Counted from the first letter of the stretch, positions 9,605-18,907 are shown. The stretch is 64,000 bases of DNA from Alkalispirochaeta sp. (GCA_965242725.1 CBDESZ010000030.1:84240-148239), one strand, 5' to 3'. The notes: generated by a model from the letters alone, not told the origin. Translations and numbers: made by a program.

Positions 9605-9982
9605 TCATGAAAAACTCGCCCAAAGGATTTTCAGGTTCTCGGAAATTGACAATACGGTTTCATCCGCAGTGGGGAGTGCCAGTGTCTCAATAATCCCCAT
9701 TGATTCTCCGGGCAGGACCGCTACCGATTCGACGATCCGCCGATAGAAGACCTGTTCCCCCGCGGACAATCGAAAGACAAAATCCACATGAGAAATCGTC
9801 TCACCGCCGACGTTGGTGATCGAAAAAACGACATCACAGAGCCCTTCGGCGTCGACACTCAGCGCTTCCGCCCTTACAACGCCTTCCGGGACCGGAGGCT
9901 CGTCCAGGGGACACCCGGACAGCATCAGAGCTGCAACGATACACATGCCGATGACCGCGACTCCTACGATTCTGGTTTCCAT
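9605..9982 (-). CDS. Hypothetical lipoprotein with an Ig-like domain
   Basis: Hydrophobic signal ending in lipobox LSGC; VFSITNVGGETI and VLPGES beta-sandwich-like motifs; GGAGG RBS before ATG 9982. Confidence 0.7.
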   Translation of the reverse strand: METRIVGVAVIGMCIVAALMLSGCPLDEPPVPEGVVRAEALSVDAEGLCDVVFSITNVGGETISHVDFVFRLSAGEQVFYRRIVESVAVLPGESMGIIETLALPTADETVLSISENLKILWASFS

Positions 9983-10686
9983 AGCCATCCTCCACGAACA
10001 TTCAATTCCGATGGGCCTTCCATATGGTGCATCACGGTCGACGCGCCGACGTGAAATCGGTCCCATCCCCATCTCATGGAGATAACTGCGGCAAATGAAA
10101 CCTGCGTAAATGTCGGCCCGTTGCGAATGAGCGGTACAATTTCGAATTGGATTGAGGTTATGTCGTTTGTCACCAGCACCGAAGAAAGCGGCATTTGCAG
10201 GACCATCTCCTCGGGAGATTCCGTCGAAAATATCGCCACGACTCCGCATCCGTGAACCATCGGATCTCTGATGAACATCACATTTGCCGATCCGGTGACC
10301 GCCCTCCCCGTATCGAGGGAAGCGGCAATGCGGCTTTTTCGAAAAGCCGGACCGAAGGTATATCCCGTCTCAAACGAAACGACACCGTCGGCGGTATATC
10401 CAAGAACCAACCCGTCCGCAGTTGTACGATGGGCTCCTATCGGAACGCGCCCTTCCACGGAGAAATCGTACCGCTGGCGCACCTTCCCGCCGATTTCAAT
10501 GTTAACGTCTCCTTCAAAGACGGACACGACACTGCGATAGTAACGTTCTGTCTGTGGCAGGATAGATAGACCGCCGTTGAAAAAAAGTTCGATCCGGCGA
10601 TGGGTTTCAACTGCGATGCGCTGGTGATCGGATTGTTCCTCGGAAAAGGTTGATATGCCAGGAACAATCACGAGCAGAATCAGCAT
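9964..10686 (-). CDS. Hypothetical exported protein, putative outer-membrane beta-barrel
   Basis: Short signal (MLILLVIVPGISTFS) then alternating polar/hydrophobic strands and an aromatic C-terminus (VRGGWLWK); ATG 4 nt after the C39 stop. Confidence 0.55.
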   Translation of the reverse strand: MLILLVIVPGISTFSEEQSDHQRIAVETHRRIELFFNGGLSILPQTERYYRSVVSVFEGDVNIEIGGKVRQRYDFSVEGRVPIGAHRTTADGLVLGYTADGVVSFETGYTFGPAFRKSRIAASLDTGRAVTGSANVMFIRDPMVHGCGVVAIFSTESPEEMVLQMPLSSVLVTNDITSIQFEIVPLIRNGPTFTQVSFAAVISMRWGWDRFHVGASTVMHHMEGPSELNVRGGWLWKPES

Positions 10687-10690
10687 CGTC

Positions 10691-11236
10691 CTACCTGCCG
10701 TCACGGACCGCCTCCAGCCGCTTCCATCGAGAGCGTGCAGCATCCATTGCCGCCGCAAATGCCTCCGTGCGGACCTGCCCGTCAATAACAATGGCAGCAC
10801 CCGACGCGCGACGTGCCCACCAGATCGGTGTCACGATAATCATGCCCCGTGCGGGATCTCCCAACAGCATTGTCTCCTTGTCTTCGTCAACCGCTCCGAA
10901 AGCAAGCGCGTAGTGTCCGTAGGGACGGTCAAAGTGCACGATGACTGGACCAAACCTCGTCGTACCCTCATGAACCAGCTCCCAGGTAAGCCAATATGCC
11001 CTGTTTGACAATCCGATCTGCCGGAGAATGTCGGTTACCTCTCGAACGGAGAGGCTGTAATCCCCGCTCACGTCATCCCGGGAGAGCTCGAGATCCGTCA
11101 CCCAGAACGACTCCACAGCCGACTCGATAACGGCGTGAGCGCAATCGGTGTCGTACTGTTGTTCATTCATAAAGGTGAAAAGGAGCGCCTCCATGGAGAC
11201 AACGCCTGCCAACGCAGTCGAAAGAAGTATATTCAT
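10691..11236 (-). CDS. Stand-alone peptidase C39 family cysteine protease
   Basis: EQQYDTDCAHA (Gln oxyanion, Cys nucleophile), PYGHYAL (His), LLGDPARG (Asp); no ABC domains; ATGA overlap with the upstream gene. Confidence 0.8.
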   Translation of the reverse strand: MNILLSTALAGVVSMEALLFTFMNEQQYDTDCAHAVIESAVESFWVTDLELSRDDVSGDYSLSVREVTDILRQIGLSNRAYWLTWELVHEGTTRFGPVIVHFDRPYGHYALAFGAVDEDKETMLLGDPARGMIIVTPIWWARRASGAAIVIDGQVRTEAFAAAMDAARSRWKRLEAVRDGR

Positions 11237-12015
11237 CGTGGTTTTGGTAAATAGTCACCTTCCCAGGGCCCAAGGCTTTCTCTCAGCTGGGGAAAGCGCC
11301 GATATACCGGCGGGAGCGCATAGAGCGGTGATATATTGATCTCGGATACGCCCGCCAGAGCCTCAAGCTCTTTGGGAATCGGTCGTATTTCCAGTCTGTA
11401 GTTATAGCGAAGCGACACGGTGCGAAGGGTCGGGGGAATGTGGTTTATCAGGGGCAGTTCCTCTTGGAAGTAGAAGGTGATCGCAAACTCCGCCAGAGAC
11501 GGAAAACTCTTGAGTGAGATATACGAAAGGTTGCCCGACCATAGACTGTCCTGGATGGTGAGTCGCTTCAGGTTCTTTGAACCGAAGTAAAAAAGGCGCA
11601 AATCTTCAAACCACATCCCCGTGATAGTCAGCTCCTCCAGATTTGGAAAACTTCTGAGGATGGTCCAGTCATACGGTTCAGTGAGATTCCAGAGATGCAG
11701 AGAACGGACATTGACCGTCGTTTCGGATCTTCGAATCGAAGAAATCCGTGACCGCGTCAATATCCCGGCGTCATAGATATTCCACACCGAAATCGTCGCC
11801 TCCCGGGGATTGGCCGCGGGAAGGATGGGAATGATCCCCTCCTCGCCGATGGAGGTGGCGACATACAGGACTGGGTTGTCGGCGGCGTCGGGATCCACGG
11901 CGTAAACGGACAACGAACAGGCGATGAAGAGCGTAACGTACAGTCGAACCGGACGCAGCCGGGCGGAACCTGAACCGGTTTTCATTGAATCGGAATCGGC
12001 TGCCGCGGACTTCAT
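11233..12015 (-). CDS. Exported leucine-rich-repeat-like protein (paralog 2)
   Basis: Signal/TM LYVTLFIACSLSVYA; repeats FPNLEELTI, KNLKRLTI, FPSLAEFAI, PPTLRTVSL. Confidence 0.7.
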   Translation of the reverse strand: MKSAAADSDSMKTGSGSARLRPVRLYVTLFIACSLSVYAVDPDAADNPVLYVATSIGEEGIIPILPAANPREATISVWNIYDAGILTRSRISSIRRSETTVNVRSLHLWNLTEPYDWTILRSFPNLEELTITGMWFEDLRLFYFGSKNLKRLTIQDSLWSGNLSYISLKSFPSLAEFAITFYFQEELPLINHIPPTLRTVSLRYNYRLEIRPIPKELEALAGVSEINISPLYALPPVYRRFPQLRESLGPWEGDYLPKPR

Positions 12016-12770
12016 CGATCCCTCCGTCGCGAACCGTCCCAGGGGCCTGCACCGTCGGCCAACTGCGGAAACTGAAGCCGTACCTCATCCGAGGCCTGAA
12101 GCGGCCATACGTTAATCGTTTTGAGTCCGGATAGTGCGATAAGTCGCGGCGTTGCCCGCTCGAAGACAATGGTCCTGTTCATATGGAATGTCACTGTTTC
12201 CAGAGAGGGCGGGATGTCGACCAGGAGCGGGATATCCTCAGCTCCACTGCACATGTACCCCAATTCCACCAGCGCAGGAAAGCGTTTGAGAGAAATGACG
12301 GGTCGGCGGTCGCAGCCGTAGGTTTCGCTGATGACAAGAATCTCGACTTTTGGCGCTCCGTGGTCAAAAAGACGATCTCGTTCAAACCGCATCCCAGTAA
12401 TTGTAAGACTTTTAAGGTTTGGAAAACTGTTCAATATGGACCATTCCATGGGTTCTATGACATGCCATAGATGTAAGGACTGGATTCTCTCGGTAAATGT
12501 CGTTCGCCTGACGGCAGAAATGCGGGCTCTCCCGGTAATCCCGTTTTCCTGCATCGCCCAGAGGGCAATTGAAGCGTGATTCGCTTCAATTTCACGAATC
12601 GGAATTATGGCTGTCTCTCCGGTGGCCGCCGTGACATAGAGCGACCGTTCTTCCGGTACTAAGGGTAATATAGCGACTACGGTGTAAATGAATATCGCAA
12701 TACTCAGATAGCTTCGCCGAGGCCGCCGCACATGCGGCGGCCTCCTCATGAAGGATTTAATTACTCCCAT
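12012..12770 (-). CDS. Exported leucine-rich-repeat-like protein (paralog 1; start 12770 or 12749)
   Basis: TM/signal LSIAIFIYTVVAILPLV; repeats FPNLKSLTI, FPALVELGY, PPSLETVTF, LSGLKTINV; alignable with the neighbouring gene. Confidence 0.7.
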   Translation of the reverse strand: MGVIKSFMRRPPHVRRPRRSYLSIAIFIYTVVAILPLVPEERSLYVTAATGETAIIPIREIEANHASIALWAMQENGITGRARISAVRRTTFTERIQSLHLWHVIEPMEWSILNSFPNLKSLTITGMRFERDRLFDHGAPKVEILVISETYGCDRRPVISLKRFPALVELGYMCSGAEDIPLLVDIPPSLETVTFHMNRTIVFERATPRLIALSGLKTINVWPLQASDEVRLQFPQLADGAGPWDGSRRRDR

Positions 12771-13372
12771 GACAGTATTGTATTGTGATCGCGCCGGGGA
12801 AGAGGCACAAAAGCCTGCTGTGTTGTATTCGGCGGCATTCGTTCGGGTTCCCACTGTTGCATTTCCTGCAAATGGTCGTAACTACCGTTGATATACCGAT
12901 CATACAACGCCCCTCCGGCGCGATTGTCGTATACCTGGAGGTGAGTTTTTCCCTCGTCATTACCGGTAAAGATATACCCCGCAGTGCCTGGAGGCGGTGT
13001 GGGAGATGCATTGGAGCGATGTTGCTGGTAGATCTCGTTGACCGTTACCCGGTCATAATCGAGAAACCCTCCCGTCGGTGTGGATGTGTCGAGCCCCATA
13101 CCTTCCGCCCGGTTCCGGGCGATGAAGTCGCAGTGGACGGCACTGCTGTTTGATGTCTCCCGTTTCCAGGAAATCCGGCGTAACCGTCTGCGAAGACTTG
13201 CAAACCGGGGAAAGAGGGCCCCCTCAGTTTCATCCATCTCCGACACACTCATTGTCGGAGCGTCAAAGCCAATAAATCCGTCGACGGGAGATTCCGTCGA
13301 TTCCCATGCGCCAACTGCCGCGAGTCCGCCGATGACGAACCCGACAATCAAGAGAGGAACGTACTTGTGCAT
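12761..13372 (-). CDS. Secreted precursor: Sec signal + double-glycine-type leader + putative Cys/His (CHAP/NlpC-like) domain
   Basis: GGAGG RBS; signal to A22; MSVSEMDETEGA in GG-leader register; single Cys81 (HCDF) and His144 (THLQVY). Confidence 0.65.
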   Translation of the reverse strand: MHKYVPLLIVGFVIGGLAAVGAWESTESPVDGFIGFDAPTMSVSEMDETEGALFPRFASLRRRLRRISWKRETSNSSAVHCDFIARNRAEGMGLDTSTPTGGFLDYDRVTVNEIYQQHRSNASPTPPPGTAGYIFTGNDEGKTHLQVYDNRAGGALYDRYINGSYDHLQEMQQWEPERMPPNTTQQAFVPLPRRDHNTILSWE

Positions 13373-13569
13373 GGCAACCTCCTATGCACGTAAGCCGAGA
13401 TCCGCATTGCTGCGTCCTTCTGCTCCTCCCTACCGGTAAATATGTCTTCCCGCTTTATTTAATTCGTCTTTTCTATTCGCTTTTATTGACCTGCTGATGC
13501 ATGAAGGGCGGAGGCCACCAATGGTACGCCTCCGCCTTACGCTTGTTCCTGCGTTAGTTCCGGCACATC

Positions 13570-14145
13570 CTATTCAGCCGGACCGGGCCGCACCGGATCG
13601 AGCATTGTGTGAATATGGTCGACGATATCCGCCGGCCATAATCCGATTATCGCATCGAATACGTCCCATCGCCGGGCGTACAGCGCGCGTACCGCCTCCT
13701 CAAATCCAGAGCGGTTTCCGGCGGTCACCCACATGAATCGTTGCGTCGCCTCGATGCGCTCCAGCTCCCGTTCTTCAGGAGTCATGTTTTTCATCGCCCC
13801 TTCCACCAGTCGGCGCAGCGTCGCGGATGCTCGTTTCGGCTGCCGTTCCAGCCACTGCCAGTGACGCGGCATGAGGCATACCTCACCACACTGTACGCCC
13901 ATCCGCGGGCGGCCCGGACCTTTCTGTGACTGCTTCGGAAGGGCTCGTTCAAGCGATTCTTCCAGCGTGCCGTGGAGCGCAAAATCAACCTGTTCGCCCG
14001 TATCGTCCCGAAAGAAGAGGAGGTTCGCCGTATCTTCACCACGTTCCTGGCGGGCGTGATGATACGCGGCGGTCAGGACCACCTCGAGACTCCCCGATGC
14101 GATTTTCTTTTCTCCCGCAAATGCGGTGTATGTCGTGTCATTCAT
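13570..14145 (-). CDS. DUF2239 family protein
   Basis: YTAFAG, FRDDTGEQVDF, GPGRPRMGV..EV.LMPRHWQWL..QP..ASATLRRLVE, AGNRSGFEEA.RALY. Confidence 0.88.
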   Translation of the reverse strand: MNDTTYTAFAGEKKIASGSLEVVLTAAYHHARQERGEDTANLLFFRDDTGEQVDFALHGTLEESLERALPKQSQKGPGRPRMGVQCGEVCLMPRHWQWLERQPKRASATLRRLVEGAMKNMTPEERELERIEATQRFMWVTAGNRSGFEEAVRALYARRWDVFDAIIGLWPADIVDHIHTMLDPVRPGPAE

Positions 14146-14270
14146 GGGCATATTTTATCCGGGTTTAATTACCATGTCTATATATACCGGGTTAATTTCT
14201 TGAGAAGACCCGCAATCATTACACTGATCGTTTCCGTTTTTGCAGCACGATTCTATACACAGCCCGAAGC

Positions 14271-14311
14271 TTCACAGATACTCTCTATCTTCTTCACATT
14301 CTATTCACATT
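14271..14311 (+). promoter_or_regulatory. Phased TTCACA direct repeats (OmpR/PhoB-type response-regulator boxes)
   Basis: TTCACA at 14271, 14293 and 14304 (22- and 11-bp spacing) just upstream of a TATTAT -10 box. Confidence 0.5.
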
Positions 14312-14332
14312 TTTCTGTATATTATTTTTCAT

Positions 14333-15721
14333 ATGAAGAAGCGTTATGGAACGCGATTGCGAAAAACATTATTCGGCATGCTCCTCCTCGTTGCAGCGTT
14401 GTACATACCGGCCGAAATCGCCGCCCTGTCCTTTGATGAGGTGACGGCGCACATGAACGCCGCGCCGGCGGTAAAGGCGGCGCAATGGAATCGCTATGAG
14501 GCGGAAGACCGCCTGCTCCTCTCCATGTTTCCCGGTGACCCGGAGCTGACGCTGACACCGGCAACATCGTTTGAGACGGCGGAAGGTAACGCATTTACGG
14601 ACGTCACAACGATCGGTGCTACCGCCGCACTTTCCATTCCGATAGCGTTGTCTCAGGACCGACGTGTCGCGGTCGATGCCGCTTCGATGGCACTGTCCCG
14701 TGCCCGTACTACCGAAATTCACGCCCGGGCGGAAGTGTATGCGACCCTTCTCAACGCCTATCGACGCGCATGGCTCGCCCAGCGGGAGCTGGAAGTACTG
14801 CAACGCGAATTGGAGGCACTGTCGGAAGTCGCCCGCGTAACGAACGAGCGCTACCGGCGCGGAGCCGCCTCCCTGCAGGAGGTAAACGATGCAGAAGACG
14901 ATCTGGTACGGGCGAGGACGGCACTCCGCGAGGGAACGCTGGCGCGCCGTTTACGTTCCCTTGAACTCCTGTATGCAGCGGGATTGGAACGGAGTCGAAC
15001 GGATGACCTGCAACCCCTTACCGTCGTCCTGCCGGACATACCCCGTCCGCCGGAACTCACAGAATGGGCGGTGGAACACGATCCCCGTATTGTCGCTCTG
15101 AACGATGACGCGACACTGTTTTCCCTGGAAGAGACGGCACTGGACGGTCCCGTCGGAATGCCGACGTTTCGTGCCGGTTTTTCCGGTTGGGACCAGAGCG
15201 CGTCGCTGACGGTCATGACCGAAAATCCCGCCCTCTCTCTCTCCTATACCCTTCCGGTCGCATCATATGGTGAAATTCCGGAGAGCAGAAGCGGCGCCTC
15301 CAATGAGGAGACGTGGGAACTGTCCTTCTCGCTCGCCCTCCCCCTGCAGACGACAAAAGACAGACGCATAAACTCGGAAATTCTGACAACCAACCGGGCG
15401 CAGGCGGTGGTTGCACGAGAGGAAATTGAACGGGAGCTGGCGCTGGCAATACGGTCGCAGTACCAGAAACTGGAGCTTTCCCGGGAGACGATCGCCGACG
15501 CGCAGCGATCGGTGGAGGCGACCCTTGAGATCCTGAATACCGTCACCGGGCGACTCGCCGAGGACCGGGCAACGACGGCGGACCTCCTCCTTGCGGAGGC
15601 GCAATACCATCGTGCCCTGTACCGGCTGGATGCGGCACTGGCGGAACGGGAAGAGGCCAAAATCCTCACCGCCGCCGCGGCCACATATTTACACGTCTTA
15701 CTAGGAACACTGGATCAATGA
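14333..15721 (+). CDS. TolC-family outer membrane efflux protein
   Basis: Signal peptide, two helical repeats ending ERYRRGAASLQEV and GRLAEDRATTADLLLAE; first gene of the efflux operon. Confidence 0.75.
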   Translation: MKKRYGTRLRKTLFGMLLLVAALYIPAEIAALSFDEVTAHMNAAPAVKAAQWNRYEAEDRLLLSMFPGDPELTLTPATSFETAEGNAFTDVTTIGATAALSIPIALSQDRRVAVDAASMALSRARTTEIHARAEVYATLLNAYRRAWLAQRELEVLQRELEALSEVARVTNERYRRGAASLQEVNDAEDDLVRARTALREGTLARRLRSLELLYAAGLERSRTDDLQPLTVVLPDIPRPPELTEWAVEHDPRIVALNDDATLFSLEETALDGPVGMPTFRAGFSGWDQSASLTVMTENPALSLSYTLPVASYGEIPESRSGASNEETWELSFSLALPLQTTKDRRINSEILTTNRAQAVVAREEIERELALAIRSQYQKLELSRETIADAQRSVEATLEILNTVTGRLAEDRATTADLLLAEAQYHRALYRLDAALAEREEAKILTAAAATYLHVLLGTLDQ

Positions 15722-16929
15722 AAAGACAAAACAAAGTCATTGCGACGATCATCGTCGCGGTCATTATCATTGCGGGATGGCTCGTCATGGGCGGCTATTT
15801 CCAGGCCGGAACGGAAGACGGGCGGGAACGCGCACCGTCTCCCGAAGCGGCCACGGCGGAGGGTGAGATTCCCACCGTCGCCGCGAGACCGGGCTCAATC
15901 TCCATCCGGGTGGAAGGTCCCGCGGTGGTGGAACCGCTGCGGCAGCTTTCCGTACGCAGCAGCATCTCCGGAACCGTTACCGCCGCCGTCGGAGTTGGAA
16001 CGCTCCTCACTGCAGGGGATACCCTGATCCAATTTGAAGGGAGGACCTTTCAGACGGCGCTGCGACAGGCCCAACTCAACCTTGAGGAGGCGCGGGTCAA
16101 CCTCCAGCGGGCAAACCTCGCCGTGCAACGGGCGCAACGGGACCTCGATGATCGGGAAAGTCTCTTTGCCTCGGGTTCGATTACGAGAACCGAGCGGGAC
16201 GCCGCCCGTGAAGCCCTCTCAACGGCGGAGCTGGAACGGCGATCCGCGGAAATCAGGGTGGACCAGGGCGTTCTCGCCGTCGAGACGGCGGAGGAGAACG
16301 TCGCCGCAACGACGATCGAGGCGCCCTATACCGGGGTGGTGCTGGAATCAAACGTGGGTATCGGTGATGTGGTATCGTCGGGATCGGTGCTCATGGTATT
16401 TGCCGACGTGAGCCGGCTCCGCGTCCGGGCGGAGGTTGATGAGTTTGACGTGGGTACCCTACAGCCGGGTATGGCCGTGCTCATCACCGCCGATGCGTTG
16501 GGAGAGCAGGAGGTTTCGTCAACGGTGGAAACGGTCAGCCCCTCGGCAGAGGTGGTCAACAATATTTCCATTTTTACCGTGTCCGCCGTCATACGCGCTG
16601 ATCAGTCGCCCCTGAGACCCGGAATGAGCGCCGATCTCACCGTCCTCGTCAGTGACGACACAGGGCTCATCGTACCAAGCAGCGCCCTTTCCACCGTACG
16701 CGGCCGCTCCTATATCGACGTGTTTGAAAACGGCGAAATCGTGACGAAACGCGTTACCGCCGGAACCGATGACGGTCGCAATACCGTCGTTCTTGAAGGG
16801 CTTGATGAGGGTGCCCTCGTCGTCCTGCCGGAGACGGCGGCCTTCACACTGGGTACCACAGGCGGCACTTCGAACACCGGATCATCCATTATTCCCGTGA
16901 CCATTCCCGGCTCCGGGGGGGCACGCTGA
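15718..16929 (+). CDS. Efflux periplasmic adaptor subunit (MacA-like)
   Basis: N-terminal TM, coiled hairpin, IEAPYTGVV, VDEFDV, LRPGMSA, GLDEG. Confidence 0.9.
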   Translation: MKRQNKVIATIIVAVIIIAGWLVMGGYFQAGTEDGRERAPSPEAATAEGEIPTVAARPGSISIRVEGPAVVEPLRQLSVRSSISGTVTAAVGVGTLLTAGDTLIQFEGRTFQTALRQAQLNLEEARVNLQRANLAVQRAQRDLDDRESLFASGSITRTERDAAREALSTAELERRSAEIRVDQGVLAVETAEENVAATTIEAPYTGVVLESNVGIGDVVSSGSVLMVFADVSRLRVRAEVDEFDVGTLQPGMAVLITADALGEQEVSSTVETVSPSAEVVNNISIFTVSAVIRADQSPLRPGMSADLTVLVSDDTGLIVPSSALSTVRGRSYIDVFENGEIVTKRVTAGTDDGRNTVVLEGLDEGALVVLPETAAFTLGTTGGTSNTGSSIIPVTIPGSGGAR

Positions 16930-16930
16930 G

Positions 16931-17659
16931 ATGACACCATACCATCCGGCACCTTCCGGAGACGTACCGGTCATTGAGCTACAGGACGTTACCCGCCATT
17001 ACCAGATGGGTCCTACCACGGTGAAAGCGGTCGACGGCGTCTCCTTTTCCGTCAGGCAGGGCGAGTTTGTCGCGGTCATCGGTCCCAGCGGATCGGGAAA
17101 GTCGACGCTTATGAATATCATCGGGTGTCTCGACTCGCCCACCTCGGGGAGCTACTTTCTCAACGGTGTCGACGTCTCCCGGATGAATCGGTCTCAACTC
17201 GCGGCGATACGCAACCGCTCCATCGGCTTCGTCTTTCAGACCTTCAACCTCCTGGGTCGGGAGACGGCGGTGGAAAACGTCGAGCTCCCCCTCATTTATG
17301 CCGGTATTTCACCGAGAGAACGAAAGGAGACGGCACTGCGCATGCTCGCTCGCGTTCAACTTGAAGACCGATCGGACCACGTCCCCAATCAGCTCTCGGG
17401 AGGCCAGCGACAGCGCGTGGCAATTGCCCGGGCGCTGGCGACACAGCCGGCGATCATCCTTGCCGACGAGCCGACAGGCGCCCTGGACAGCAAGACCGGG
17501 GTAGAAATCATGAACCTCTTTCACGAACTGAACGCGGAAGGGGTGACCCTCATCATGGTAACCCACGACAACGACCTCGCAAGGCAGGCGCGGCGGGTCG
17601 TGCAAATACGGGACGGACGGGTCCTGCAGGACGTTGCCGCCGAAGAGTTTACGCCATGA
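16931..17659 (+). CDS. ABC transporter ATP-binding protein (MacB/LolD family)
   Basis: [35 protein letters not shown]. Confidence 0.95.
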   Translation: MTPYHPAPSGDVPVIELQDVTRHYQMGPTTVKAVDGVSFSVRQGEFVAVIGPSGSGKSTLMNIIGCLDSPTSGSYFLNGVDVSRMNRSQLAAIRNRSIGFVFQTFNLLGRETAVENVELPLIYAGISPRERKETALRMLARVQLEDRSDHVPNQLSGGQRQRVAIARALATQPAIILADEPTGALDSKTGVEIMNLFHELNAEGVTLIMVTHDNDLARQARRVVQIRDGRVLQDVAAEEFTP

Positions 17660-18882
17660 AGTGGTTTGCCTTTCGGGAAAGCCTCATGATGAGCCTCAGA
17701 AGTATCGCGTCCAACAAGATCCGCTCCTTTCTTACCGCACTGGGAGTTATGATCGGTGTCGCCGCCGTCATCGCCCTGGTCGCCCTCGGAAACGGCGCGC
17801 AACGGTCGGTGGAAGCGAGTCTGGAATCCCTCGGGTCCAATCTGCTTCTCGTCTACTCCGGTGAACCCCGGGGCGGGAGCCTCGTGCGCCGCAATACCAC
17901 GAGCATTCGGCCCACCCTGACCGAAGAGGATCTGGAACTTGTCCGCTCTTTTGGACCGAACTATGTCACGGCGGCAACCCCGGAATCGACCGCCACGGGG
18001 CAGCTGAAATACGGGAATACCAACACCACCGCCACGGTAGTTGGTACGGGTGTGGAATACCCGGAGATTCGCAACTTCCACCCCGTCTACGGTGAGTTCC
18101 TGTCTGCCCTCGATGTGGAGACGCGGAAGACGAACGTCGTCATCGGGATGCAGGTCTACCGCGACCTCTTTCCGGACGGGACGGATCCGGTGGGTGAACG
18201 AATCCGCATTGACGGTATCAACTATCGTGTCGTCGGTATCATGGAGGAAAAGGGCAATTCCACAGCGGATGCTTCCGTATTCATACCCATTACCACCTAT
18301 CAGCGATACGTTTCAGGTGAACGAGCATACGCGGTGATTAACGTGCAGGCGGCGTCCACGGAGGTCATGCGTGATCTTCAAAAGGTGATTGAGGACGGTA
18401 TTCTCCGCACCCATCGACTCCCCTCCATGGAGACTGCCGATTTCTACGTCGCCAACCAGCTGGATCTCCTGGATACGATGCAGGGCGTGACGGAAACGTT
18501 CACCGTTCTCCTGGCGAGCATTGCGGCGATCAGCCTCGTCGTCGGCGGAATCGGGATCATGAACATCATGCTCGTCTCCGTTACCGAGCGTACCAGGGAG
18601 ATCGGTGTCCGCATGGCCCTTGGGGCGACGGGTTCCGATATTCTGCGGCAGTTTATCACCGAAGCGGTGATTATTTCCCTCATCGGAGGGATCGTCGGTA
18701 TCGCCCTCGGCGTCGGTGCCGCCTGGGGGGCCGTCCGTTTCGGTGGTATGGCCGCCGAGGTATCGGGTGGCTCGGTGGTACTCGCCTTCGGTTTCGCCTT
18801 TATGATCGGTCTGTTTTTTGGTGGCTATCCCGCCTATCGGGCATCCCGGCTGGATCCCATTGAGGCGCTGCGATATGAGTAA
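17656..18882 (+). CDS. ABC transporter permease (MacB/FtsX family)
   Basis: RSFLTALGVMIGV, ISLVVGGIGIMNIMLVSVTERTREIGVRMALGA, PAYRASRLDPIEALRYE. Confidence 0.95.
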   Translation: MKWFAFRESLMMSLRSIASNKIRSFLTALGVMIGVAAVIALVALGNGAQRSVEASLESLGSNLLLVYSGEPRGGSLVRRNTTSIRPTLTEEDLELVRSFGPNYVTAATPESTATGQLKYGNTNTTATVVGTGVEYPEIRNFHPVYGEFLSALDVETRKTNVVIGMQVYRDLFPDGTDPVGERIRIDGINYRVVGIMEEKGNSTADASVFIPITTYQRYVSGERAYAVINVQAASTEVMRDLQKVIEDGILRTHRLPSMETADFYVANQLDLLDTMQGVTETFTVLLASIAAISLVVGGIGIMNIMLVSVTERTREIGVRMALGATGSDILRQFITEAVIISLIGGIVGIALGVGAAWGAVRFGGMAAEVSGGSVVLAFGFAFMIGLFFGGYPAYRASRLDPIEALRYE

Positions 18883-18907
18883 AATTTCGATTCACATGGA
18901 GAGAACG

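Noticed and set aside
9983..10249. N-terminal extension of the 214-aa ORF-track call
   Set aside because: Overlaps the barrel-like gene; RBS and lipoprotein signal place the start at 9982
9605..13372. Fap functional amyloid operon or classical bacteriocin/RiPP cluster
   Set aside because: No Asn/Gln-rich amyloid repeat subunits, no ABC exporter and no modifying enzymes; only the C39/barrel logic is shared
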